From: Azolla caroliniana
Lineage: Eukaryota; Plantae; Polypodiophyta
Direction: 5' to 3'
Assembly: GCA_043228905.1 (NCBI GenBank)
Contig: JBHGNT010000022.1
Location: forward strand, 12,400,001-12,464,000
Length of the DNA: 64,000 nucleotides
Shown here: positions 13,457 to 25,200 of the stretch, one piece after another
How positions within the stretch are numbered: the stretch's first letter is position 1
Layout: every line of letters starts with the position of its first letter
The notes under the pieces: model-generated
Told to the model about the DNA's origin: nothing
The model's input: the letters and a program-made list of their open reading frames with translations, nothing else
Database searches by the model: none
Position numbers and translations under genes: made by a program

Positions 13457-13586
13457 TAAATTGTTGGGTCTATCCACTCAAGTGGAGCCCACGACATGGA
13501 GTCGGCCTAGAACCGACTGCTGACTCAAGCAACTCAACCTCAGTTAAAAACTGAAATCATTATAATTATTATTTAACTATATATAT

Positions 13587-14202
13587 AGTCATGTCAATAT
13601 TTGAACTCTTAACTTCTTGACATACATAATCAAGCGTTGTGTTCTGACCAACACATCCAAATATATGGACATGTTATGTATATCTTAGTAGATTATTAGT
13701 AGATTATCTATTTCAAGTTCTAGAGGGTTCTAGAATATTCTCCAAAATATTCTAATGCATGTACTTCGACTCACAGTATAAATACTTGTAACCTCCTTGA
13801 TCCCTTTCAAGGGATTCAACACCAGTCATTGACACAAGAGTTTTTAGAAAGTTTTAGAGGGTTCTAGAATATTCTCCCGAATATTCTCCAAAATATTCTA
13901 ATGCATGTACTTTGACTCACAGTATAAATACTTGTAACCTCCTTGGTCCCTTTCAAGGGATTCAACACCAGTCATTGACACATCAATCTAGTATTCTTGT
14001 TTATTCCCATATTCTCTCCTTGATTTACAACTTTGTCTTTATGCTTTTGTATTTGTTCCTAGCGTCTTAAGTTCCTCATCTCATCGCTCCCAACTTCCCG
14101 AGTTTCTAGCCTCATCACGTCAAGTTCCACGTTCGTAACCTTATCAGTCATAGCATTGTCATCTGTGCTTTGTCGTAGTCTAGCGTTGGTGTGTTCGTGA
14201 CA
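13587..14202 (+). mobile_element. Probable solo LTR inserted in a (TA)n tract of the copia 5' LTR; carries a duplicated HSE + TATA module
   Basis: The ends (A)GTCATG...CGTGACA form short inverted termini flanked by TATATA. The segment is absent from the copia 3' LTR remnant. An internal ~130-bp duplication has TTCtaGAAtaTTC (13728, 13862) and TATAAATA (13777, 13923). Confidence 0.6.
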
Positions 14203-14517
14203 TATATATGTTACGTATGTTTTTTTTGGTATGTTTTTTTTGGGTGTGTGTCTTTTTCTTTTGTGTGTGTGAGTGTGTGTACTGGGACAAAGAAAGACGT
14301 TACTTTACAAGGCTCATAAAAAGGGTGCAAAAATAGCAAGACAATGCGCCGAGAGATAGAGAGGAAGAACATATCATGATGCAAAGAAAACAACATCTGG
14401 AAAACTGAAATAAGGCTAAAAAATAGAGATTTGAGAGAGAGAAGTGTGTGAGAGAATGTTGTGAAGATTCAGTAGAAAAAGAGCTCAAGAAAAGGGCAAT
14501 CGAGAGCAAGAAACCGT

Positions 14518-15147
14518 TGTCGTGAAGAAAACCGTCCACAAGCGGAATCGGTGCACAGGAGCGTAGGAACCGGCTCTTCTCGAATGTTGTCCATAGAAGA
14601 TCCTAGGCGGGTAGATTTAGTGGGTAGGAAGTAAAGGGGAAACGGCTCCTTCCTTGCCTATAAAAAGGAGGGAGACGAGAAGGGTGAGGGGATCGCGGAG
14701 AGTCGAGGACGAAGTGCTGTCGGTTTGCGTGCGAAGGCTTCTCTCTCTCTCTCTGGTTCGCAAACTCCATAGCTTCCTTCTGTGCAGGTTTCGGGAGGCT
14801 CGCGCTGCTCTGAGGAATGCCCGAGTGCTTCCGGCAGCACCTCCAACCTGCTCCTATCTTTCTGTGCGTTTACGAACAGGCATCGGCATCTGTTCGTCGG
14901 CCTGTTCGGTTGTAACCGACTTCGTGTTTTTGTTGCTTCCGTGTTCTTGTTGTTGTCTTTGTTAATACATACATACATTCGTGTCTCTCTGTGTTGCTGT
15001 CCCACTCGCGTCTTTGTGTCGAAGGGCCGTGTCCCTGTGAATCTACGCTCGCACGTAGTGTGTCTCTTGTCCTTTCTCTCTTGCTCTTCGGTACAGGACC
15101 CTTGAGGTCCCGCCTCATTCCACGCATCCGCGAGGAAAACCTCGACA
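14518..15147 (+). repeat. 5' LTR of the Ty3/gypsy element (630 bp)
   Basis: TG...CA termini, a TATAAAA box near 14659, and a near-identical copy starting at 20562. Confidence 0.95.
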
Positions 15148-15151
15148 TCTT

Positions 15152-15169
15152 TGGTGAACCCGACGTGAA
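15152..15169 (+). other. Primer binding site complementary to the 3' end of tRNA-Trp
   Basis: TGGTGAACCCGACGTGAA is the reverse complement of TTCACGTCGGGTTCACCA, the 3' end of plant cytosolic tRNA-Trp(CCA) as recalled. It lies 4 nt after the LTR. Confidence 0.85.
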
Positions 15170-15191
15170 GGAGGCGGCAGAAGAGCAGAAG

Positions 15192-17023
15192 ATGAAAGGG
15201 TCGGATCTTGCGGAGGCCATGGCTTCGGCCGTGGATCGGATATTGAGCGCACGCGAGGGCTCCGGTGCCCTCGACAAAGCCATTGAGGCGGTCGTCAGTA
15301 CGATCGGCCGGTTCAGCGGAAAGGATGCCACGAAGTATTTGGCGTCCTACGGGGCAGAAATGCTGATGCGGGACATTCCGGAAGAGAGGCGTCTTGCCGG
15401 GTTTCCTCGAGTGGCGATGCCGAGCATCCATGCGGAGGTGCTCGAGGTGCGGGCGGAGAGCCGTACCTGGGAGGAGTTCGAAGGCCGACCCCTAGAAAAA
15501 TACGGGCTGGACGACGCGCTCCGGCTTTCGAAACGGGACTTCATGGAATGGGTGGAGTCCCCCAGCAAGGGAAGAAAAGCGTCGGCACTCCTCCGGGAGT
15601 TCGAAGAACGCTTTGCGCACCTTTCGGCGCTTGACCGAACCGTTCTGGATACGAGTCGGGTCCTATTGTTCGTCAAGTTGGTGGACGAGCGGGACAGAGA
15701 TCAAGTCGGCTCCTTGCTGGAAACCGAAGACGGGCTGACAACCGACTGGGCTGCGGTTAAGAGAGTCTGTGGCCGTTTCGACAAACGGCGAGAATGGGCT
15801 GACAACGGGGCGGCCGGTGCGGGCTCTATCACAGCAAGGAGGCTTGAACCGGCACCGCAAGTACGAAGGGAAGAAACCCGGGAATGGCTCGAAACCGGTC
15901 CGGCTTTGACCGACATGGTCAATGGCTCGTCCGGAGGAGCAGCGCTGGAGGAGTTGACGCGGGCAATAAAGGATCTCCAGATCGCCCAGACTCGAAGGGA
16001 AGGCGGCGAACCGGCTCGTGACCGACGGCCGGCAGCGGGGAACAGGTGCATGTGGTGCGACGAGGTCAGCCACATTCGGAAGGACTGCGGCGATTTCGCA
16101 GAGGCGTTGAGGAACCGGGTGGTGTACCTATGGGAAGGTCGGGTGCACGCCGGCGACACCAGGAGGGCCCTGAACCGAAACGACGGGCGAGGAGGAATGA
16201 AGAGACTGATGGAAGAGGCAACGGCCCGACACGTGGAGGCCATCCACTACTCGGCGTCGGCCGGCATTCGGGTCGGGGGCAGCGAGGCCCGAAAGGAGGG
16301 CAAAGACTGATTCTGGTCGGCAATGTTGGAAGGTCTTGCCGGCGCACGGCTAAGGAAAGATGAAACGGACCGCGCTGAGAGACGGGTCCGGGAAATAACC
16401 GGGTGGAGCGATCCGGTCGAGGAGAAGACGGGCTTTGTAGAAGCCGCCTGCCGGAACTACGAGGCTCTGGTAGAAGACAAACGAGTGGGGAAAGCCGGAG
16501 CGGCCGGGCCCTCACAACGGTACGAGACCCGATTCGGGCAACGACGGAACGATGCCGGCGGGTCCAGCTCGCAAGATAACCCCAGGAAGGGCGGATACCG
16601 ACTGGGGACGGAGATAGAAAGGACTACGGACCTACGAAAGGTCCTAGAAGAACGGATCCTCGACATCAAAGTGGAGCTGTCATTGCGAGAGGTGTTAGGG
16701 ATCGCCGAGAAGGAGTTCCACGACTCCATTGTAGACCTGGTGAAACGGAAGAGGCTGTCGACGGAGACGGAACCGGAAAGACCGGTGGAGGTGCGGACGA
16801 CGCACATCGACGACATGGCGCTGTAAGATGAGTGGGCGGAGAGCCACTATTCAAGGCCGCATTGGGCCGAGCAACCATGGAGACCAAGGTGCTGGACAAC
16901 GGTTCGGCCTACGCAAGGGTCAAAAGCCAGGACGGGCGCCATTCGGTCCAATTTCTAACGGTGCGGCCGAACCACGAGCGAAACCGCGAATCCCTCGGTG
17001 GCGAGAACCGGGAGGATTTTTAG
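15192..17023 (+). pseudogene. Ty3/gypsy gag(-protease) ORF1, disrupted
   Basis: Has FSGKDATKYL and the zinc knuckle CMWCDEVSHIRKDC. There are in-frame stops at 16308 and 16824, a 1-nt frameshift near 16868, and no recognisable protease D-S/T-G core. Confidence 0.8.
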
Positions 17024-20000
17024 AGAGGGCTGCCAAGGCGTGGGGCCGAGACAGTCCGGACACTCGGGAAAGTCCCCACGACTGTACGATAGGTAGGGGA
17101 TTTTGCTTCTTCGACAATGGAGGGTGTATGATAGTCGGCATCGTCGGCCGAGAAAAGACAAGGGCGGAAGTGCGACTTCGAGCATGCGGAGTTCTCGGCC
17201 CGGACGAGGAAATCAGCGGAGCCGTGGAGGCGGTCTCCTTCGACGACACCTTGGGAATGCTGAGGAAGGTAGCCGGAGAAGACCTTAACGAAGACCGGAC
17301 GATACCGATATGTTCCGAAGAGATGTATGAAGTCATCGCGAACTTCAGTCGGGGGCTCGGGTCGGATCGGACGGCCCGAGTTAGCACGAGGTACAAGACT
17401 ATGGACCGGAAGGTAAGGCCAGTTGCGGCACCCTTGCCGGAGGGCAGCGAGTCCCGAATCAGAGGGGTGGCATCGGACCCCAGTTTACAAGATCCGGCCT
17501 GCATAGGACACACCTTCACCGACGGAACGCTCCGGGAGCTCAAAATCGGTGGGGGCGGGTTCCTACTGCCGGCGAAGGAAGACCGGTTTCGGAGAATGCT
17601 CAGAAGGCACGGGAAAGCCTTCGCATTCTCACCGGAAGAGATCGGGTGCGTAGACCCGACGATCGTGGAGCCGATGGTGATATTCACGGTACCGCATGTA
17701 CCGTGGAATCTCAAGCCAATTCCAATACCGAGAGCTCACATCCCGAAGTTGATGGAGCTATTGAGGCAAAAAGTCGATATGGGTATTCTCGAACCGTCGA
17801 GCGCGCCATACTCGAACCGATGGTTTACCGTACCAAAGAAAAACGGAACATTGCGCTTCATTCAGGACCTGCAGCCGGTCAACAGAGTGACCATCTGGAA
17901 CGCAGGAATCGAACCGACCATAGACGAGTTCGCAGAGGCCTTCGCCGGAAGGTCGATTTACTCGGTCGGTGATCTGTACTCGGGGTACGACCAGTTCCAG
18001 CTTGCCGTGGAGAGCAGAGACGTTACGACGATGCGAACCCCCCTCGGCCTAGTGCGAATGTGCACCCTGCCACAAGGAGGGACCAACTCGGTAGCCCACA
18101 TGGTGAATGCAATGAACAAGGTACTGAGGGATTGCATCCCGGACATCACCATGCCGTTTCTAGATGACATCCCGATCAAGGGGGTGCCCGGTGGAGGAGA
18201 AGGACGAGACAGTCGGGCCGGACGGATGCCGGCGATTCGTGGCGACACACATCGACGACTGCGAGAAGGTGCTACAAAGGCTTGAGGATGCGAGGCTCAC
18301 CTTCTCCGGGGAGAAATCGGCCTTCGGGCAATCGGAAATCCTGGTGGTCGGACACCTATGTGGCCCTTATGGCCGGAAGCCGTCTCTGGCAAAGGTAGAA
18401 GCCATCTCCGCAATGAAGACCGATTGTAGCTCGGTTACGGAAGTTCGGAGGTTCTTGGGGGCATGCGCGTTCTACCACATATGGATCCCGCATTACGCCC
18501 ACGTGGCGGAGCCGCTATACGGGTTGCTGAAGAAAGGGCGAAATTTCGAGTGGCGAGACGAGCACACGGAGTCGGTCCGGAAGCTGAAGGAAGCTCTTGC
18601 GGCAACACCAGCGCTCTTGAAGGCTGTCTACGAGAAGGGTACCCCGGTATACATAACGGTGGATACGAGTCCGACCGGGATCGGATGGGTCGTCAACCAA
18701 GAAGACGAGGACGGCATTCGGTTCCCGATCCGATTCGGCGCAAAGGTCCTCAGTGAGCGACAGCGAGGGTACGCCCAGGTTAAACGCGAACTCTGGGGTA
18801 TCGTTTCGGCAGTAAAGGCCGACAAAGACTACCTGATCGGGACAGAAGTGATTATCGAGACGGATTGCCTGCCGATTCTCGGCATGGTTTCCGGATGCGC
18901 GACACCGGACCTGGCGATGCTCAGGTGGATAGCGTACATCAAGTCCCTGGACCCGGAAATACGGCACATTTCCGGAAAGGACAACGCCATGGCCGACATG
19001 CTTTCGAGGGCGAGGTTTGATGACGAGGGCGGCATGGTTTCGGAGGACGAAGAAGTCGGCGTGGACTTCTTCGAGGCAGCGTACGTGACGACCGATGGGA
19101 CGAGCACTCCGGCACTTAACGACTTCGACGAGAGCAAGTACGACGGCGAGTGGCTCCAGATCGGTGGATTTTTGAGGACGATGACGCCGGATGCGTCGTG
19201 GACGAAGGACGAGGCCAACCGGATCCGAAAGAAAGCTTACCGATTCTTTCTCCGGGACGGATACTTATGGAAGCACCCGAAGAAGAGGAACGGCGTCCCG
19301 CTCCGGGTGGTGGCGATGAAGGAAGAACAAGAGGAGCTGCTGACGGGCTACCACGACAGCCCTTGGGCCGGACACCGTGGAACGTGGGCCACGTTCGAGA
19401 AGATAAAGGGGAAGTACTGGTGGTCGGGACTGTACCGGGATGTGCATCGGTTCGTGACGACTTGCGAGAGCTGTCAGATGCACTCCGTAGTCCGACATCG
19501 GGACGAGCTTCACCCTACGTACCCTTCGACCATCCACTTCAAATGGATGGAAGACCTGGTGACGATGCCGATGGGAGTAGGACAGATGCGATATCTGGTC
19601 CTGGCTCGGGAAGATCTGACGAACCAGGTGGAAGGCCGAGCCCTTCAGAACAAAACGACCGCGGCCGTATGTCGGTTCCTGATCGAGGACGTGATATGCC
19701 GGTACGGGTGCGTCGGGAAGATCGTGGCTGATAGCGGGGAGTTGGACGCCGAAGAGGCCGAGGAGCTGTTCGACCGGCTAGGAGTCAAGTTCTCGCTTAC
19801 CACTGCGTACAATCCGGAGGCGAATGGGAAGGTGGAGCGCGGACACGGACCGATCGTCAAGGCATTAGTTCGGGCATGCGGAGGTCAAGTCGGGAACTGG
19901 CCGCGGCTGCTGCCTTACGCGTTGTGGGCGGACCGAACTACGCACAGTTCGGTAACCGGATTCATGCCGGCAGAACTCATGTTTGGGCAGAAGCCGGTCA

Positions 20001-20488
20001 TGCCGATGGAACGTACGATATCCTCGTGGGCAACTGTGGACTGGAGAGACGAGATGAGCCGGGAGGAACTGCTGGCGGCGCGTATACGACAGCTCGAGCG
20101 AAGACCGGAGGACGTGGAGCAGGCTGCGGAAAGGCTTCGGGAAGTAAGGATAAGGAACAAAGCCCGATTCGACCGAACGCACCGGCTCCGACCGAAGAAG
20201 ATCGACGAAGGCGACTGGGTGCTAGTCTACGACAACAGCCTTGACAACCAATAACGAGCGACACGGAAGTTCGCAAGAAGGTGGTTCGGGCCTTACGTGG
20301 TACAAAGCGCCAACGACTACGGGACGTACCATCTGGCGGAGCTCGACAGCACGAGAATGGCGATACCGGTAGCTGGGAAGCGGATCAAAGCATTCAAGAA
20401 GCGTCACGACGACGAGCCGGATTCGGTGGGCCTGGACCGCGACGACGAACGATCCGAAACCGAGGAAGAACCGACGGGCGGGGAATGA
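17014..20488 (+). pseudogene. Ty3/gypsy pol ORF2 (RT-RNaseH-integrase), disrupted
   Basis: RT DLYSGYDQ...LPQGGTNS...FLDD; RNase H VDTS...ELWG...ETDC...ADMLSR; integrase HHCC (YHDSPWAGH...CESC), DDE core and WFGPY. There is a frameshift near 18182 and a stop at 20252. Confidence 0.9.
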
Positions 20489-20561
20489 AGGCTGGACCGG
20501 TTTTCTCCGTCCCGACTCAATTTGGCGCATGCCGGTGGATGCGCGGTTAGGTGGGGGCGGA

Positions 20562-21825
20562 TGTCGTGAAGAAAACCGTCCACAAGCGGAATCGGTGCAC
20601 AGGAGCGTAGGAACTGGCTCTTCTCGAATGTTGTCCATAGAAGATCCTAGGCGGGTAGATTTAGTGGGTAGGAAGTAAAGGGGAAACAGATCCTTCCTTG
20701 CCTATAAAAAGGAGGGAGACGAGAAGGGTGAGGGGATCGCGGAGAGTCGAGGACGAAGTGCTGTCGGTTTGCGTGCAAAGGCTTCTCTCTCTCTCTCTGG
20801 TTCGCAAACTCCATAGCTTCCTTCTGTGCAGGTTTCGGGAGGCTCGCGCTGCTCTGAGGAATGGCCGAGTGCTTCCGGTAGCACCTCCAACTTGCTCCTA
20901 TCTTTCTGTGCGTTTACGAACAGGCATCGGCATCTGTTCGCCGACCTGTTCGGTTGTAACCGACTTCGTGTTTTTGTTGCTTCCGTGTTCTTGTTGTTGT
21001 CTTTGTTAATACATACATACATTCGTGTCTCTCTGTGTTGCTGTCCCACTCGCGTCTTTGTGTCGAAGGGCCGTGTCCCTGTGAATCTACGCTCGCACGT
21101 AGTGTGTCTCTTGTCCTTTCTCTCTTGCTCTTCGTGTTGGGAGACAGATCCCTCCGGATGGGAAGGGAGAAGAACAGTTCCGACGAACAAACTCGGCCGA
21201 GGCCGACAGGTCGAGGTCGAAACGGTATGAACCGGATCGGGAGTATCCGACAGCGGAGAGCCGGATGGTGTAGGCCCGGTATGAACCGGAGGAAGAGACA
21301 TATTCTTAAATATGTTTCTGAGAGCCCATCGAGGCTACATTTGTAAATAGCCGAAAAGTCATATTAGTATAAATATGACTTAGGGCAAACTTTTAAGTGT
21401 AGTTGTTTTTGTTGTTGTTATTCTTCCTTGTTGGTGCAAGAAGAAGCGAGAGCGCGTAACTGTACAGAGAGAGAGAGAGAGAGAGACGAGGTTGTTGCCT
21501 CTGTTGTAACCGCCGCCTGTGGCGAAGATCTGAGAGCACGAGGTCGTTGCCTCAGTGAACTCACTGTTGTATATTCCTACATAGTGACAGTTTGCAGCCT
21601 GTGGGCTGCCGTGGTTTTTCTCCTATTTTGGGGTTTTCCACGTAAACCTCTTGTGTACCCTTTCTCCCCTTTGTGTCGCGTTTCATTACCTGTTTTTTCT
21701 GTGTATGAAAAGAATCTCGGTTGTGGCCGAGCGTCGGACATAAGGAACGTCGAGTTCTCAACACTTTGGTACAGGACCCCTGAGGTCCCGCCTCATTCCA
21801 CGCATCCGCGAGGAAAACCTCGACA
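20562..21825 (+). repeat. 3' LTR of the Ty3/gypsy element, split by a 629-bp insertion
   Basis: Matches the 5' LTR up to ...CTCTTCG (21134) and resumes at GTACAGGACCC... (21769). Confidence 0.93.
21135..21763 (+). mobile_element. Solo LTR (probably copia-type) nested in the gypsy 3' LTR
   Basis: TGTTG...CAACA termini with a 5-bp TSD CTTCG/CTTTG (one CpG-type transition). The CCGTGGTTTT...GGGTTTTCCA motif also occurs in the copia LTR at about 22095-22125. Confidence 0.85.
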
Positions 21826-22274
21826 CCGTTGCAAAAGTGAGGACGTAGATCTCACAAGGTGTTGTCCGGACTACCCAAAGAGTCGACAACAACTCTTCTG
21901 TCTATCTGTAACAAGTTTATTTGTTATGTGGTTTTGGTTTCTTCTTGTTGTTCATTTCGCCTGTTAAGGTGAACATTGTAACCAAGGTTGTAGCCTTGAA
22001 ATATGTGTGTATTCCTTTGAAGTGTTAGCTCTAAAGGTTGTCAACACCTTGTTTACTCAGAAAAATAGCAAATCTGTTTCGGAACCTAAGGTTCCCGTGG
22101 TTTTCCCCATTTTTGGGTTTTCCATGTCAAATTTCGGTGTACTCTCGTTTTTGTCTTGTGGTTTCGTCTATTTGGAAACTTGTGTTGGTAATGTAAATCA
22201 TCCCGATTCGGATCCATATTCCTAACAAGTTGTATCCGAGCCGAGGTTCATACCCTCTGCAAAGATTTGGAATA

Positions 22275-25200
22275 TGAATGAATCATAGGCGGGATGATTA
22301 AGTTGACCGGACCAACTACTCCATTTGGAAATCCAAAATGAGAGACATGTTGGTGTGTAAGGACATGTGGTTGCCCGTACGACATGGTACAAGCAAACCC
22401 GAGAACATAGATGCATCAACTGGGGAAGCAATGCATCTAAAAACAACATCATACATACGTTGTTTTATAGACATGACTCTATATAATAATTTCGTTGATG
22501 AAACCAAAGCACACGAATTATTGGGGAAAAATGAAACCATGTTTTAGACGAAAAACGCCTTAAATAAAGTCTCTGTGTTTAGGAAACTTGTAAGACTTAG
22601 ATATCAAGATGGCTCTAGTATGGCAAATCATCGAAACACGTTTCAAGGACTAATAATTCAAACCATCTCTCTAGATATACCTCTAGCAAATGAGGTGTTG
22701 ACCTTGCTATTGTTAGGCTCTCTCCCAGGTAATTGGGAAACCCTTGTTGTGACGTTTGGGACTGCAACACAACAAAAGGAGCTAACATTGGACATGCTTA
22801 AGTCGAGTCTTTTACGTGAAGAAGCACGACGAAAGGAACACGAGTCCAACTTTGACCATAAAGCCTTAGTCATAGAAAACAACTCCTCTAGAGGAAGAAG
22901 CCACGCTAGGGGTGCACAAAATCACAGAAATAATTGTAAGGGGAGGTCTAAATCTAGAAGTAGAAAAGACTTCAAGAAAGATTTTTCATGTCGTTATTGT
23001 GGTGGTCCAAACCATTACGAGAGAGACTGTTGGAAGAAAAAGAAAAACCAAAAGAAAGGAACCACCGACAATAAGAGCAATGACCCCACTACAACCACTT
23101 GTGATGGCGACATTATCATTGGATGTGATGATGCGTGTGTTAGCTTAGCATGCCAACAAACTGATTAGATTATTGACTCGAGAGCCTCGTATCACATTAC
23201 TCGGGAGATGTTCTCGTCATATGCCGGTGGTGACTCTAGCAAAGTCAAAATGGCCAACCACGGTATAACAGAGGTTGTTGGCATAGGAATTATAATTCTA
23301 ACCACGGACAACGGTTGCAAACTCGTACTAAACGATGTTAGGCATGTACTAGACATTCGACTGAATATTATTTCGGTCGGTAAGCTTGATGATGAGCGTT
23401 ACACAAATTCCTTTAGTGAAGCAAAATGGAAGCTCATCAAAGGCTCACTAGTATTAGCAAGATGCCTAAAACAGAATTCCCTCTATGTAATGCATGCTAT
23501 GGTGTCCGATGGAGAGGTGAATGTAGTTGATAAGGAAGTCCCTATTGAATTGTGGCACAAGAGACTTGGGCACATGAGTCAAAAATGACTCGAGGTGCTA
23601 GCTAGAAAGAACATTCTACCTGAGATAAGAGGTATGCACTTGAAGACTTGTGTTGATTGCTTGGCTGGCTGGCAACACATAGTCGCTTTTCAACATTTGC
23701 CCCCAAAAAGAAAATCTCAGCCACTAGAACTAGTGCACACTGACTTGTGCTATATGAAAGATAATACTCTAGGGGGGCTTAGTACTTTGCCACATTGATT
23801 GATGACGTCTCAAGGAAATTGTGGTGTTTTGCATTGAGGACTAAAGATAAAGTCTTTGGGATCTTTAAAAACTTCCATGTAAGTGTGGAAAGGGAATGTG
23901 GGAGAAAACTTAAATGCATCCATGCAGATAACAAGGGTGAGTACCGAGGACAATTTGAACAATATTGTCGTGAGCATGGGATCAAGCTTGAGAGGAGTGT
24001 TCCCAAAACACCTCAGCACAATGGCATGACTGAGAGGATGAATAGGACAAAATGTGAGCGGATAAGATGTATGTTATCCCACTCAAAATTGCCGAAATCT
24101 TATTGGGGTGAAGCAATGAGGATTGTCGTTGACCTCGTAAATCTATCCCCATCAGACCCTTTGGATGGTGATGTACCCGAGAGGGTGTGAACAGGTAAGG
24201 AAGTGTCATACAAACACCTAAGAGTGTTTGGTTGCAAGGCTTACATCCACATCCCAAAAGACGAAAGATCCAAGCTCGATGAAAAATGTAAACCATGCAT
24301 ATTTTAGGATATGGCCATGAGGAATTCAGTTCTAGACTTTATGACCCAGTGGAGAAGAAGGTCATTAGAAATAGGGATGTGGTATCCCTTGAGAATCAAA
24401 CCTTGCAAGATCCGGATCCGAAGAAGATGCCAAAGATCACCCTTGATCCTACGGTCACCAACAATCCAACTCCTGCCCAAGACATACAAGGTTAAGGGGA
24501 GAGATGTGGAGGATTATCAAGATACGATTGATTATGCAACTGATGATGCTCATGAGGAGGAAAATGAACAAGAGCATGATCATCAGACCCTAGGTGACCA
24601 GACTGATGATGTTTCGGTGGCTCCACCAGAAGTGCAATGGGTGAGAAGGTGTATAAGAGAAAGAGGACCTTCAACCAAATATAGTCCACATGAGTATGTA
24701 TTGCTTACAAATGGAGGAGAACCACAAAGCTTTCGAGAAGCTATGGCACATGATCATAAGGAGAAATGGCTCGAGGGCATGAATGATGATATGAGGTATT
24801 TGCAAGACAATAATACCTATGATCTAGTAAAGTTTTCTAAGGGAAAGAGAACGTTGAAAAATAAATGGGTTTTCAAGCTCAGAGCTGAGGAACATTGCTC
24901 ACAACCAAGATACAAGGCAAGATTGGTTGTGGAGGGGTTCAGCCAGGAAAATGGTGTTGATTTCGAGGATATTTTCTCACTAGTAGTAAAGATGTCCTCT
25001 ATTAGAGTTGTGCTCGAGATTGCAACCAATCTCAATCTAGAAATCGAACAACTCGATGTAAAAACTGCCTTCCTTCCCAGTGAGTTGGAAGAGAAAATCT
25101 AAATGGAGAAACCCGAGGGATTTGGAGTCAAAGGAAAGGAAAACTTGGTATGCAGGTTTAAGAAGAGCTTGTATGGCCTAAAACAAGCTTCGAGACTCTG

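Larger units (their letters stand above)
14518..21825 (+). mobile_element. Near full-length GC-rich non-chromovirus Ty3/gypsy LTR retrotransposon
   Basis: LTRs are TGTCGTG...CTCGACA at 14518-15147 and 20562-21825 (the latter interrupted), with about 10 substitutions by eye. The TSD CCGT lies at 14514-14517 and 21826-21829, the PBS at 15152-15169 and the PPT at 20549-20561. Domain order is gag-RT-RH-INT. Confidence 0.95.

Noticed and set aside
14518-21825. GC-rich block as bacterial contamination or prophage
   Set aside because: It has LTRs, a PBS, a PPT, a TSD and retroelement pol domains, and it is cleanly integrated in plant DNA.
14654-21967. Many overlapping and antisense ORFs in the GC-rich block (e.g. 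14654..14965 and its twin 20698..21009, 14658..15431, 16920..17714)
   Set aside because: They are by-products of high GC content and duplicated LTRs; only the gag and pol frames carry recognisable domains.
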